This document shows positions 25,261 to 38,612 of a stretch of DNA of 64,000 nt, in pieces (position 1 is the first letter of the stretch; each line of letters begins with the position of its first letter). Both the position numbers and the translations under genes were made by a program. A model generated the notes under the pieces. That model did no database searches, had not been told where the DNA came from, and saw nothing but the letters and a program-made list of their open reading frames with translations. This stretch comes from Laetmonice hystrix (Eukaryota), in contig OZ249440.1 in the NCBI GenBank assembly GCA_965235115.1, forward strand, positions 16,926,001-16,990,000. Reading direction: 5' to 3'.

Positions 25261-25400
25261 TGTGGCTTTAGCAACCGCCGGCATTATGTTATCATGTTAT
25301 CCATTGCCATACCTCCCCACACGGCCCCGCTACACGTCGCTCAGTGCAATCAATCATCGTCAACCTCTCTGAAGTACGGTGTACCACAGGGGTCAAAACT
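25261..25400 (+). mobile_element. Non-LTR retrotransposon (CR1/L2/Jockey-like) reverse transcriptase fragment
   Basis: One frame reads FSNRRHYV...SSSTSLKYGVPQGSKL, matching the YLSNRxQYV...GVPQGSVLGP block of LINE RT. There is an about 15-aa insertion and no following YADD. Confidence 0.65.
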
Positions 25401-25938
25401 CAACAAAAAGTTCCGATTTCCATTCACAGCGCTCGATTCCATCATGCATTTTGTATCAGTGATTTTGTCAATAAAACATTATACGCGGCAGGAATGGTGC
25501 TTATATCGGCAACCTGTGGGGAGGAAGCCTATACAGCCGGGCTGGGTCGACCTTGGTGGCGGATGACCTTTTGCTACATAACACGCGAGTTTGCAATGCT
25601 CACAGCGGGTCCCAGAGCGGTTGAGTTAGCGTCAGGGCTGGGTCTGACCCCGGTCACCTTGGTCACGTCCCCAGGGTGTGGCACTATTGTCGACAGGATG
25701 TTAGCCCCCCCCCCCCGCCCTCCACCTAACCAACGGGGACCGTATGAAGCTGTACGCCAATGTCTAAATCACTGCCTCCTGTCCAGATACGACCTTCATG
25801 CTGTGCTGAGGGAGGTGGGGTGGGAGGTAACGGAATGAGGGCTCAGGGGTAGGTTTAACTAACCTAGCCCCAATCAGTTCATCCAAACAACACAAACATT
25901 CATTGTTCACCGGCTCACCAGATGAGATCCCCCATAGT

Positions 25939-25963
25939 TTATCTTATCTTATCTGATAGATAA
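25939..25963. promoter_or_regulatory. GATA-motif cluster / (TTATC)3 repeat
   Basis: ttatcttatcttatctgatagataa holds three TTATCT plus TGATAG and AGATAA in 25 bp. Confidence 0.3.
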
Positions 25964-28679
25964 CACGCTTTGGGCCGGGTAAGCTGACCTACACCCATAC
26001 ACCCACCACACCCACACTCTCTGGTGGCCAGATCAGAACACTACACCACTCGGACACAGGTAAACAACCCAGCTTTCGGTCAGTATTAAATTCTGTTGAT
26101 GGAGACAATCTACCATTATGCTGGAGGCCAATTGTAAGTAATACACGCTGACGGGGGCCACCTTTCCTAGTTTCCTCTCCACAGTATCCATCCAGGCCAC
26201 ACGGGCAGGAGTTCCCTGACCACCATCCTAGTGTCATGTTCACCAAACGACACTGCCACCGAGGACTGAGCCAGTCAGCACCACACGTTTCCTGGTGATA
26301 TACGTTACGTTAACATGCCACCCAACACTTTGTTCCCTGATCCGTGCTCACAATCTCATAACCTCCTTTGAGAACTGTTAAAAAAATCTAACATAGAAAT
26401 CTACAAGGGGGGTATTCAAATGGTTCCATCTCGCTCCATGCTGATGTATCAACCCCAGAGTAACAGAAATCGATACTGCCATCAAATCTTTCTCTAATTT
26501 AAACGTTGAGTAATGTGAAGTCTGCCAGACAAGACGTTGAAGGTAATGTCTTGGAGATCAGACAGCCAGGGCCTGGGGAGGGGTGGGGGTTGAGAAAAGT
26601 CCAGGGGCTGGACGGCCACTTCACCTATCATCTTACTGAAGCGTGTCCTTCCTACAATCCTCTCCTCACGGAGCCAGTCAACCCACGGTCACTTATCAAA
26701 GTCAGCCTCCCCGGCCCTGACAGCGGCCCCGTATAAAGTCTTTGATCCCCTCCGCCTCAGACCCGGCCGTCCTTAGGATCCCATCACAGCGTCCATAGTG
26801 AAGTACGCGCTCATTGCTCAAACATCCCACATTGCCCGATACAAACTCTCATTTTCATATACTTCTCACCTCCTCCAACCTCCGCACAGTAACCAGCGTG
26901 TCACAAACAAAGGCCCTACTAACTATGCCAATGGACAAAACAAGCTGCAAAGTAGAAACACCTTGCAGGTCGTCTCTTGGGCAGTTAGTTCACGTTGGTT
27001 GGGAGTTGTGCGTGCACTGTGTCACCCGGGGAGTTGCAGTCACACGATGAGGCACTCCGTCACAGCGCCGGACCTGTCACACTCTTATTGATGCGGCGTA
27101 CACTCCCGACTCGGATCTTGTTATCCCCGACCATACGCCGAATGCACAATTTCTTCTCAATCAGCGGCCGCACAACAGACCACTCCATCTCGCGGGTTAT
27201 TGTCTCGGCGTCACAAAGAGAACAATGCCTGATAAACTCAACACTTTCTGAAGAAATCCCGCAGCGTTTAGACACGAGTTTTGTCTGATCATCACAACTT
27301 CATTGTGAGCTGATTTCAACTGGTAATTTACTCATCGACAATGCAAAGATTGGGATATTTCAAATTGCCTTCTAAACATTTACACCTGAAGGACTCTGAT
27401 ACATCAAAAACTGCGCAACTGAATGCTCTGAAACGAACACCCACCTATCTGTCTTTATATTAAAGCTGAACTAATCATTGAAATGGAAGTAGTCGATCAA
27501 AATATTGACAAGAAAGGATCAAAAGCGACGTTGGATCACTAACTAAGTACGAAATTCTTAAACCGTTTGAATGAGTGTCTAAGTTACGATGGCGAGGGAC
27601 CTTAAGAGGGCAGAAAATTATCAACAGCATTCCTCTTTGATGGAACTGTTCAACTGATGTGAATACAGAACACAGAGGGTTTGGATTGTGCTGCTCGAGC
27701 CGTGCGCTGTGTGCTGATGACGATGTTCAGGAACTGATGCAACGGATGACTTCATGTAGCGCGAAATAACAAAGCCCACTCAAAGCAAATGAATATAAAA
27801 AAACTTTGCTTTTCATCCACGCTGTTAAACGATAACCTTTCGACCCATTACATTTTAGACATATAGCCCCATCTTTAATGGCGTTGCGTGCTATTGGTTC
27901 CAGTTTAGCCCATTCTGGCCCCATCATTCAAACTCCACTTTGATGTTGGCTGGCCAGGCCGGGAAAGGAGGAGATAGGATCCCTCTGTAGCTTTCCGATA
28001 AGCACCTATTTTTTCCCGGAACCAAAATCAATTTGGAAACGCCTTCATCATCTTCCATTAGGGCCTGAATGGTAGCCATGAGGCTTCCCCCTGTGGACCG
28101 CTTGTAATCCACGTATACTTGTAGTGAAATATATAATCTATACACATACACGTATTTATATGTGTGATATATGACGGCGCCCCCTATGATACCATGTCAG
28201 AGAGGAGTGTGGAATATTGGTTACATAGGAGCCATTCTACCCTGCTCTGTCCACGGTTCCCGTGACCTTGTTATCACGGTAACAGCAGGCTGACCCATAC
28301 GGAGACATATCATTCATGTTATACTGCACCCTGCGCCCTGTGCCCTCCACACGGACTGGTCAGGCACGTTGGTGATGGGCACATCCCAACTGTGCCCGGT
28401 TTGTTTATGTGTATTGATTCAGAAAGACTGGACCCAGCCTGATGAGAAGGGTCCATCCAGGAGGCCATGTGCATCAAGAGTCGGGTCTGCCTGCTTTCCT
28501 TCCTGATGGCCGGCAGGACCTGTCCGTGACCCCCCGATACTATCGGGCAACTTCCACTAATGACATTATGAGAGCCAAGCAAATTGTAAAAACCTATTAC
28601 TTTTATCGGCCACCGCAGGCACCTCCGCTGTGCTGGCCATATCAGTGGTAGATATAAGGCCTGGGTCAAACAATAGCCG

Positions 28680-28770
28680 GACAGACAGAGAGAGAGAGCG
28701 AGACAGAGAGAGACATAGACAGAGAGAGAGAGACAGATAGTCAGAGAGAGGGAGATAGAGACAGAGAGAA
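28680..28770. repeat. Degenerate (GA/GACA)n microsatellite
   Basis: gacagacagagagagagagcgagacagagagagacatagacagagagagagagacagatag... Confidence 0.9.
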
Positions 28771-30504
28771 AGGGCCGGGTGAAAAGCTACGGAGATCAGC
28801 AATGATGGCCAAGGTCACAAACTGGGCAAGGAAAACAAAAATACCGGCCACAGCTGCGTCATGTTAACTTTTTTTTGCGGGCAGTGACGTCGAGTTCTGT
28901 ACAATCAATGAGACAATGCATGTCAACGTGGCCGGCCTATCTAAATAGTGGCGTGGAAGCTGTCAGTGTATGCCAAGCTCTCTATATCCACCGTTTGGCT
29001 ACGTCTGCACGGTCCCCAGGCCCTCCACCCAACAACAACCTGACTGCACAAGTTGCCATTAGACCGGCTCCTATTGACATTTTGTCCCGTGGCGCTGATG
29101 CGTGCATGTACACACTGTTAGCTGCTACCTGTACCGTACGCAAAGCACCGATTCAAACATTTGGCATCCATTTGTGTGTAGTAAAAGTTAGGAGCGAGTT
29201 GTGGCAGCCTGACCGGATTGTCCGGGGGAGGGGGTGGCTGGCGTTGGAAGTGATGGCTGGGATGGCTGATGGATCCGGACAGATCACATGAGTGCAGTCG
29301 TCCTCTGACAGACTGGCTATCACTCAGTCAGCTCCGCCCATACACACAACAGACCTAGACCATTGTAAACACAACCTCCACCACACACAGAGTGGGACAG
29401 ACCCTCCTCAACACCCACATCCACACCACCCCTTCCTGGCTAGCGAGCAGGTTAATCTATAACCGCGACTTCTAAAGGACGTAAAAAGATGCCAGTGATG
29501 AGGACGCATCCCAGTGGCTGCCTTCCATTACTTCAGACGGTCAATAGCTGCACTGCCTCTTCTAGACACGCGTCATCCATCTTTGAAAGACACTCATCCA
29601 AAAATAAAACATATTACAGTCCGATGACGGTCCCATGGAGGAGGTGACTCGACAGGGGCATTCTATTCTCTGTCCAACATAAACACCGGCCCACATTATC
29701 CTACACCGCAACTATATCTCTCTGTCAATGATAGCCGTTTTTTGTGCTTCTAGCATTCTACAAGAAGATATATCGAGATGTCGTGCTTACTGCTCACTCT
29801 TTATTTATGACTACCCTGTTTAGATATCCCAATTGTCCTAGCAACATGGAACACGAGCGCTACACAGAGCCGGTAGGTAAAGAAGATCGATTACATCCTC
29901 TCCCACGGTTGAAAGTCCAACGTCCCGATCTAACATTTTGAACGATGGCCCAAAGACACCAGGAGTAACCCGGCCAATGAGTGGTTGCCTCGAGTCCGGC
30001 AGCGCCCCCTCCTGGACTGACGACTTGAGGAAGAGTGGCTGACAGCTATCATTGGGCGCTGACTGTGGTCACTCCTGGCCGTCTGAGGTCACTTCATCAA
30101 GGTTAAAGGTTCCTTGCATGTTCCTCGTTACTCGCACCACTCATACTACCCTCACCATTCCCGCACACTTCCATACGGTGCGAACAAGCAAGGCCTCCAA
30201 ACAACCACCCTCTAGGTCTCTAATAAGAGATTTCTCTATTTTTGAAGGACCATTGTGATAACAGAGCAATGGTGATTATAAAACTGGTGGGCGAGCGTAT
30301 AGAGGGTGTCAAGATGTTGACAGGACGTCAAGGGTGGGTTCTCCTATTAAAGGGTTAACGCTGTCCCTGCCGGCATCACGGCCGGTTGTCCGACAAGTGT
30401 TACCAAGGTTACAAGGACGTTTCTGGCACTCTCCCAACCAGGCCCCTGCCCCATATGGTGTGACCTTGTTTCTGTGAGAGAGGTCAAGCCGGGGCTGAGG
30501 CGGC

Positions 30505-30570
30505 GAGGAGGAGACCGGGCGGCTGACCAGATCAGCAACTCACGCCCGATTAATCTGACCACTGCTCTCT
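30505..30570 (+). mobile_element. Tiny LINE RT-like relic
   Basis: GDRAADQISNSRPINLTTALS resembles KGDxxDPSNYRPISLTSVLS; single motif only. Confidence 0.3.
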
Positions 30571-31538
30571 CTCTTACACGACCCCGACCGTCGCCAGGGA
30601 AACGAAACCACAAGTATTTAATCTATCCTAATGCTACGTTTAACCCTCTCCAACCTCCTCACGGAAACGTGCTTCTCAAAATGCATCTCACGCGAAACAC
30701 TCAACATGACCCGTCCCTCCTCCCGGGCGCACATTCTGCAATGGTAATTTGGCGGTAGCGGTGAACAACTCGTTGAGCACTACTGCCCGTTGGATGCCCT
30801 AGCCGCCCCCGCCGGGGTCTGGCAGTCCTGTACCGACACGGACCCCGGCTCCTGTACTCATCATGTAGACTGACACGTTTCACGCAGAGTCTGTGGCACC
30901 CAAATTGGCCTTGCCTGTTAGTTGAAACGACCACAATGACAACCTTGGGTTCCTTGTTGAATGACTCTATCAACAGACGTGTACAAGTTAATAATACCCA
31001 TCACATAGCGTGTGATACATGAGTTTTCAAGAAATATTGAAGCACCGAAACAAGATATTATTTAAAATCAGTATTTACAGTTCCAGAATCTTCCATATAG
31101 TCAGCCAACGGATTTTCTAAGCACCTATTCACTTCCGTTCCCTGGCTACGCCAGTCAGACCTTAATAAGTAATTCATTTAATATAATCACCAGCATTATT
31201 CTCTGTCAGGAACACTTTATATCTGATTTCCCATGTGCCACGGATCTCCGACTCAGCCTTACCAATACATTCCTCGGCAGTCATTATTATGCCAACTTCT
31301 GATTTTTTATTCTGAACATGGGGAGATATTTTATTCACACATTTATGGAAAGTCTTGTTTGTCAAGCCTGCACCTGTGGCCGAGTTCTGCCTGTGGTTGG
31401 GTGCCCACCTGGCCCGCTGGACAAACACCCATAGTGATGGCACCAGTCAATACTGGCGGCAAGGGACTCAGTCAACTTACATAATACAACGGCCCCAATA
31501 CATGTACCAAGTGACACAGAAAGGGCAGCACAACATAC

Positions 31539-31586
31539 CGTCAGCCTCAATACGCACCAATGGAAACGTTCCCAAACTTTGCTTAC
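31539..31586 (-). CDS. CPEB2/3/4: Probable 48-nt CPEB cassette exon (G)KQSLGTFPLVRIEAD, beginning with a 5'-splice-site sequence
   Basis: Minus strand reads ggctaatttgtgtgtgttttttcttctttccag|GTAAGCAAAG...GAGGCTGACG|gtatgt. Branch point CTAAT (A at about -27), about 25-nt U/C/GU tract, CAG, 48 nt open in phase 1-1, donor ACG|GTATGT. The final G plus CC of the microexon gives GCC (Ala) of ARTYGRRR. Size and position resemble the about 51-nt alternative exon preceding the microexon in vertebrate CPEB2-4, but peptide similarity is weak. Confidence 0.7.
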
Positions 31587-34500
31587 CTGGAAAGAAGAAA
31601 AAACACACACAAATTAGCCAGTGTATCGCAATAATCCATTTCATGACTGACTTTCTGAAACAATGATGAATGAGCTTGACATCTACTGTTGCTATTCCTG
31701 ATTGGAAAGTCTAGAAGGCGATATTGATTCTCCACAACAGCTTGAGTCTTACGTGTTCTTGTTTTAAAAGTCATTAAAAGCTGTGCAGCGCATTAATCTA
31801 AACATCAAACCTGACGGAGTGGATTCAAGTGAGGCCTGCACCGATCATGATCTGACTTCGGTTTAATCAGATTGTGCATGCCGACAGAATTATTTCCATA
31901 AAATGAAAATGTCAGCAAAAGCTGAGATAACTTAATTCTAGCCAAATTATAGATCGACTATTGGTTCTCCCCGGATGCCTTGTCCAATACATCGACAGCC
32001 ATCTCAAATTAATCAATGGATTAAATTCACAGGTTCATTAAATGAAGGTTGAACACAAATCCAACCGTAAATTTGGTTTGTCCTGGGCAAACCGTGAACA
32101 TTCCCCTATCTCTGACATTGTTTTCAGTTTACTGAATCCATAGGTATCGGCTCGACACTGCACAAAATCTTGATAGCAAGCAAAGAATTTAAGGCGGAGG
32201 TGTGGGTGGATTTTCTTTGTCTGGTACTCTGGTGGCTGCATCATTTTTTCCCTGGTACAAGCAATTTACTTTGAAAAGAATATTGACGCCGTATCTAATA
32301 TATCTTTGTGCACAGAACTATTAAGATACTGTGCAATGGTAGCACCCAATCCCACCGTGTCTACAATATGACCGTGCATTCCTTCACGCTCATCCTCAGT
32401 GAGAATAATTAAACTTTCCATAATAATACTAACATTGGACACTCCTTAGATTAAGTCTTTCTGTGCGCCACTAATTTCCCTGTGTGTGGCTCCCGTTGTA
32501 TTCAATGGCCACATGAAGGTCAGGTTGGGACATCATTCTGGCTGGGACATGGGACAACGGTCAGGTCGCCTTATCACCCCTACTCTCTGCAGACCTACAT
32601 ATCTCCATAAGGCCCGCCCGCCCGCTCACTCCCCGCCTCCATCTGTATGCGGCGGGAGGTTATAAACTCGCTATCAATTAGTCCTAAAGTCGGCGCTAAG
32701 CATTATCAGCAGCAGGATCAAGGCATTTGCTTTAGACCTCAGGGCATTTCCCCTACGTGTCTGTCGCCAGTAATCTGACATCATATCCTGGACACCAGAC
32801 CAAATGGCCAGTATCGAGCCATCATCGGACAAAATGGCGGCGGCAGGTCTAATAACGACGGTCACCAACTCTTTGCCGGACGCTTTACGGGCCCGATAAT
32901 ACACTTTAATTGGCTCGCTCCAAATCTACATTTAAATGCACGCACAAAATGTCACCCCCTGCATCACTCCACAACAGACGTGCTGGCCGTCAAATCTAGA
33001 ACTGTAAACGTCTCGGGAGACTACCATTCCTGTTCAATAAAATCATGCCGTTATTCAGTGTGGCTTCTAGTCTATCGTATTAATTGGATTTACTGCTATC
33101 CTATATGGGTTAATGTATTTCCATGAGCATTTAACATGACAAAAAGGCATTGGTCTTTGGTCCAATCGCCAGTTGCTTCTTTTTTCGGCTTATGTTAAAC
33201 GCCACCCTAAAGGCATTGACCTGACTTTGCCCCTGGAGTAGAATCTTTGTGTCTGCATAGACTACCTTCTTTGGCATACTTTGATCTCCTAATGGCCTCA
33301 TAATGTCGAACCATGTGACACAAACCAGACTTAATGTGGTAAAAGGCCGTTAGCCTACTGGCGACGGCGGCCGACACGGTTGAGGCAGAGTCCTGGGTGG
33401 CAGGCATTGCCTCTTCTATTTCCGTCTTCATTTCCGGAAGGCGTCTCAATGTCTGGTTTGGCCTGCTACCATGGGCCATTTCCTTATACTTCTTATGTTA
33501 AATATCTGGTATGGATGGTGGGCCTTGAGTTTGTTCACTGTCGGCTGATACTGCCTTACCGCGCCAAATATTAATTTCCGAAAGACATACTAATGGCAGT
33601 TTTCATTATGAACTCTTTTGAGCATCTATTCATAGAGATTTTAAAATAATATAATCTTCTTTAGAACACAATCACTCTGGTGTCCACCAATGTGTGTCAG
33701 GCTCATAGCACCTCTTCTATGTGATATTTCGAAATCGAAGTCGGATGATCGCCTTCGAAAGGCAGGAAAGAGGAGGACCTGCCATACCGCGTGAGGCATT
33801 CCTTTAACTGTATCTTCACGTCAGACCTTTGTAACAAATGGACACGACTGGGGCTTGTTCTATCATTATGGTGATACACGAGTATCTTCATCACATGTCA
33901 GCACAGCAGGCCCATTACGTTTAGAAAACCTGCAAGTAATGCGATATGTACTGTACATAAAGATGTGTCTGACAGATGCTTTTCAGAAAGTACCAACGTG
34001 ACACTACTTTTAGAATGAGTCTCAAGGATTAAAAAAAATGAAAAGAAAGAAAATCATGACACCATCAGTACCTCAAGTTCCTGCCATTTAATCAAGTTGG
34101 CAGCCTTGAAGAATGTCGTCTTCGAACATCAGTTGACAATATCACAATATACTGCCTATCAATTTCATTGTCTGTTCTGAATAAGCTGAAGCAAAAAATG
34201 AGACAAATATTTGAAATCCCGATATTTCCTGCAGACGTGTCCCAACATATACCCTACCTCGAGAGAACTGTGACTGTGCCAAAGCACGTAACACGACCAG
34301 GTGAAGAGGTAACACGCAGCGGGGACGACAATAAATGAATAATACAATGGGACGCAGAGAGCCCTGTACATGGCTGCCGGCCTCTCTTCTTTGAAATATG
34401 TATGTCAGCGTCCCTGCATGCCGCCAGCCCCATACATACTGCTGGCCGGGCGCGTTATCGACAACGGCCATGATAAACCTAAATTAACCCAGTAACCTTT

Positions 34501-35311
34501 CTGCGTGCGCTCACCTTGCTCTCGCCTATTCCCATCTGTAATTGAGGGATAACTTCTTGAAATCTAATTGCCCGGGCAGTGATACTTCGACACAAAGCAT
34601 GCTTTATCTGTAATCCAAAATAGGGGAGGCACAGAATGAATTGGACATGCTATAACGTCGACTGTCACGAAATTGCCGGATCTGACTTGACAATGCTGCC
34701 TTTGCAAACAAATATAAAATACGAGGTGGTAATGGGAAGATGACACCCACATGCCTGGCCTCAATGGAACATTAATGCCAAGGGACTTAACTTATTTAGA
34801 ATGCCATATTTCGAAGTTTGATTTTAAAGATGTCTTTCAATAGCTATCTAAAGTGCATCAAGATTGGTGATAAAAAGCCAAACTCTCTGTCTCTTTACTC
34901 CAATCTCCAAGGGCACTTGGCAACTTCAGGACCGATATAACTTACGAGTTTCTTGAGAGTTCACGGGCGGACCCCTCATTCTACACAAAGCAGAATCTAT
35001 TAGATATTTCTGCCCAGTTTCCTGCCACTTCCGTGACGTTGACAACACTTGAATCATCCGCGGGGACTCAGCCAATAAAGCAGCTGCAATGCAGCGTACA
35101 GTTAATGTACACCACTGACAGTGGTCGTGGGAGTTCCCTTGGAGATATTGAAACACCGCCTTCCAGAAACCGGGGTGGGATAGTAAGGGGGGCCTTAAAA
35201 GACGACTATGCTTCATCTTCACAATTCGAAATATTCGACGGATGGAAGCCGTACAATCAATCACTCAAGAGGGTTTTCAAATGCAATGTGGCCCGGAATG
35301 AAATTCATTAC

Positions 35312-35374
35312 CAGCCTTCTTCAGGCAAATCAGTCTCAAGCCGGCTCCTGGGTCGGCGAGGCGCATTTTGCTGC
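35312..35374 (-). other. Candidate additional 63-nt phase-symmetric exon (unconfirmed)
   Basis: Acceptor catttgtcatttcctgttgcctctttttgacag and donor CTG|gtaatg; open in phase 1 (xSKMRLADPGAGLRLICLKKAG). No convincing homology. Confidence 0.3.
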
Positions 35375-36519
35375 CTGTCAAAAAGAGGCAACAGGAAATG
35401 ACAAATGCTGCCTACAGCCACTGCCACCGACATTTGCAAATGTCACAGACTCAACGTGTTCATAAATCTGAGCTTAGTTACATGTCAGCCACTGTGCTGA
35501 AAGAAACCTAGCAGGGTGAATAAAAACTAACAGCCCCCACCCCCTGCAACCACCTAACCCACAGGCAATGATCACCACACTCAAATTCATCTTGTTTTAA
35601 AAATCGACCGAGGCTCCCATACGTTTATTTTGCAAGTAAGATGTAAGTAATCAGGAAATTGTCTCTGAAACCATCGCTGGTAATATAAGTAGCCAGAATA
35701 GAAGGCCTCTAGGGACATACGCCCCGCTTTTATTTGGAGCTGTTCAATTCCAAATCCGTCTTTGGAATGTAGGTCCTCAAGATGTGACTACAGTCCGGAC
35801 CTTGGTTTGACGGAGTGTACCTTAGTGCTGACACCTGGCGGAAAACGCTTGATTTTCCAGGTCGGCGTCCAGAAAGGGACCATTTGGAATGGGCTGAAAC
35901 CCCACTCCTTTCATTTAGAGGTTCACTCCACAGGTATCGGGTTCGCTGAACAGTAAGTAACAAGACCTCGGGAAGTGAGCCAAAGCCAGATCTGTGAGCG
36001 AACACCATCCTACAATAACATGAGTCGCCTATACCCGCTGTATAAATGTTGGCGAGTTCAGCACACTGCCATCAATTCCTGGCCAATCGCCCATCGGGAA
36101 CAATAATAAAGCACGCAATGAAATAAAGGTTTGGCAACCATTACAAAGGGCGTGTCCTCGGTATGTGACTAAAGGATCTTCTTGTAAGTATTTAACGCTT
36201 TCTTTCGGAGATACATTGGAAGAGTATGCTCCCAGCTGGGGCGCTGCTGGCACCCAGCTGTCCCCCGGCAATACTGGGGTTAATAATACAGAGTTACTAC
36301 AGGCGCTGCTGACCTCCACATGACACCCAGTCCGGCAATTATAACGGGGCACTCCGACATACATTTAGAAATTGTAAACAAAAGTATTAGTCTTTGTGGA
36401 ACAAGGACTAGCCATACCTGTAATTCTATCATTTTATTCTAAGTATCTTTATATATTACTGCTGACTGTATGGTAATACTGTATTATATTTTCTAATACG
36501 TCCATTTGAGAAACTGACA

Positions 36520-36660
36520 TTAGAATAAAGGATCTAAATATAAAATGTAACATAAATCTGAGGACAATCTCCTCACTTTACAGAGGTCTCTTCATAAATA
36601 TCATAATATTTTTTTAAAAATCAAGTTACTGTCAATAACTGAGGGAAAATGGAAACGAAT
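36520..36660 (-). mobile_element. Decayed CR1/L2-like RT C-terminal fragment
   Basis: One frame with stops reads FPSVIDSNLIFKKIL*YL*RDLCKVRRLSSDLCYILYLDPLF, which parallels FLGVIIDSNLxWKxHI...LYKVRRFLxxDILxxLYYSL. Confidence 0.5.
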
Positions 36661-38586
36661 TCTGAACAAGTGAATGTTATATTTCCACATCCCTTTGTGG
36701 AATTCTGTAAGCAAAATTACTGTGCTGTCAGAACCAGCTACTGTAGCATGCAAATTACGGCTTTGGCCATGAATCTTTAATCTTTGCAAATAAAAACGGG
36801 TCCATGACTTTTGCATTCGTGGAAACGGCGCTTTATTTTGCATGATGCTGATGGGTGGGTGGGGCGGGGGTCTCCACAATGGTTGTGCTGGGAGGCGGTG
36901 CAGTTCTTTGGTTGTGACTGGGCCATGTTCCACGCCATCCAATGAGCGACCACTAAAGTAAACGTTCAATGGTTGACATACTGGCGGGTGTAGGGGTTCA
37001 AACACTTCCGAAATAGCCGACCGTTTAGGTTGTTATCTGTGCGGGGCTGCGTTTGTAGCCTTACCCGGGCCCATTGTCCCGTCTGAATGCTGCCCTTGAC
37101 GGGAGGTGTCTAGAAGCCCACCAACGGGTTTCCAATGGGGAAACGGCGCTTTATGCCAAAACACAATAAGATCAAATCATCGCAGGGTTTGAACGACCAA
37201 TGATCAATAAAAACGCTCTCCGTGGTAGTTTCGATATTAGTGCGCGTTTGTGTGTGTTTCTGTGCATGTTGGTCGTGCGGGACCGCGGAGGGGGACGGGG
37301 GTCCCTGTATTTGCGTGGAGATGCCGTCAAACACAGTAGCTCATCAAAGGGATCTCCAAACCTCCAAATGCACCACCCCAACTTCCACTGCTCACACCAG
37401 TGTCCCTGACTCTGTTTAACACCAAACTAGGCCCCAGGGCCTGCACCATTTCTCCCAGACTGTATCAGTAAGTCCAACGCCTTCCTTGAGTCCACAAACA
37501 ACCCTATTATATAAATGATTTTGCACTACTATTATAATGGTACAGCTCAGGTCAACAACTGACCGTTATATGTGGGTAATGCGAGCAGCAGGAGAACAGA
37601 TTGTTGTCATTCGCCTCACGATCTAGGAAGTACACAGCTGAGCGCGTGTTAAAACGCCGCGTTTGACGTTACGGCATGGCACGGTTCCTAGTGGCGTCCT
37701 CCATGGCATTCTGACAGCCTCATTTTATAATGCCAATCCTGATTTCTCGAGTCACAAACGGGAGTAGGAGACGATTAGATACCATTGTTGTTGCCATAAC
37801 ACTGTTGTGATACAGTATCTCATCCCAACCTGTGCAGCCCCAAAGCCATTATTCGTATCCAATAATAGCACGTGCCCCACCCCGGCTCTGGTGTTGACAG
37901 CCGTGGTGGGCCACCAGTGTAGATTGATCGAGCAGGAGCCCTCAACTCTCACGCACTTTGAAGCCAACATGCTTTCTCCTGCTCAGTGTCAGGGCTTGTA
38001 CCACAACCCAGGTGGCAGCACTGGTGGAATGACGGCCCAGTATCACCCTAGTGTCTGTGAGTAGTATAACAGAATGTCATTCTGTTGTTGTTTCAACGAC
38101 ATAAACAGACATTGTGGCATGATTTATTAAAAGTAAACATTGATACGACAGGTGGATTCATAGTTTGGCGGTGGGTGACCAATTAAATCAGAATCGCCCA
38201 TAATGACATGATGTTTTGCCGTGTACAAACTCCATCTGACAATCTTCTCGTGTGACGCCTCATTTTGCGCACCATGTGACTCATCAGATGATAATCACAT
38301 CAATCAGCTGCAACATGTTTCAACATCTGACTTACATCAAGACCGCTAGAGGGGGTATCTTCCTTAATCACTTTAAATATACGCTGGTGGATTTTTAATA
38401 CTGCCTCAGAGACCTTCCTTCAAACTCTGTCTGCACGGTCTGTCACCAGAGTGAACCTTTGGGGTATTTTTCCTGTGATTTGACTTGCAAATCGACAGCT
38501 GACTCGACAGAATATCGTACAATAAGCGGGAGATCACGGTATACACATCGCACCTGTGCCCAGCAAGGTTAGCACAGTCGATGAAT

Positions 38587-38612
38587 GACGGTGGACTGTA
38601 AAGTCCACCGTC
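38587..38612. other. Perfect 11-bp stem, 4-nt loop hairpin followed by C17A11
   Basis: GACGGTGGACT-GTAA-AGTCCACCGTC; C run 38620-38636 and A run 38637-38647. Confidence 0.85.

Noticed and set aside
27060-27275. EFIRHCSLC, resembling half of an integrase HHCC finger
   Set aside because: Single short motif with no His pair and no catalytic core.
28442-28651. DIMRA, matching the CPEB LIDIMRAE motif
   Set aside because: Wrong strand and the flanks do not match.
34072-34210. Strong acceptor (ttttttgcttcag) and an FRTDN match to CPEB3
   Set aside because: All three frames hit stops before a good donor; the motif context is not CPEB-like.
36411-36460. CAG|GTATGG recursive-like site
   Set aside because: No pyrimidine tract; it lies beside a LINE relic.
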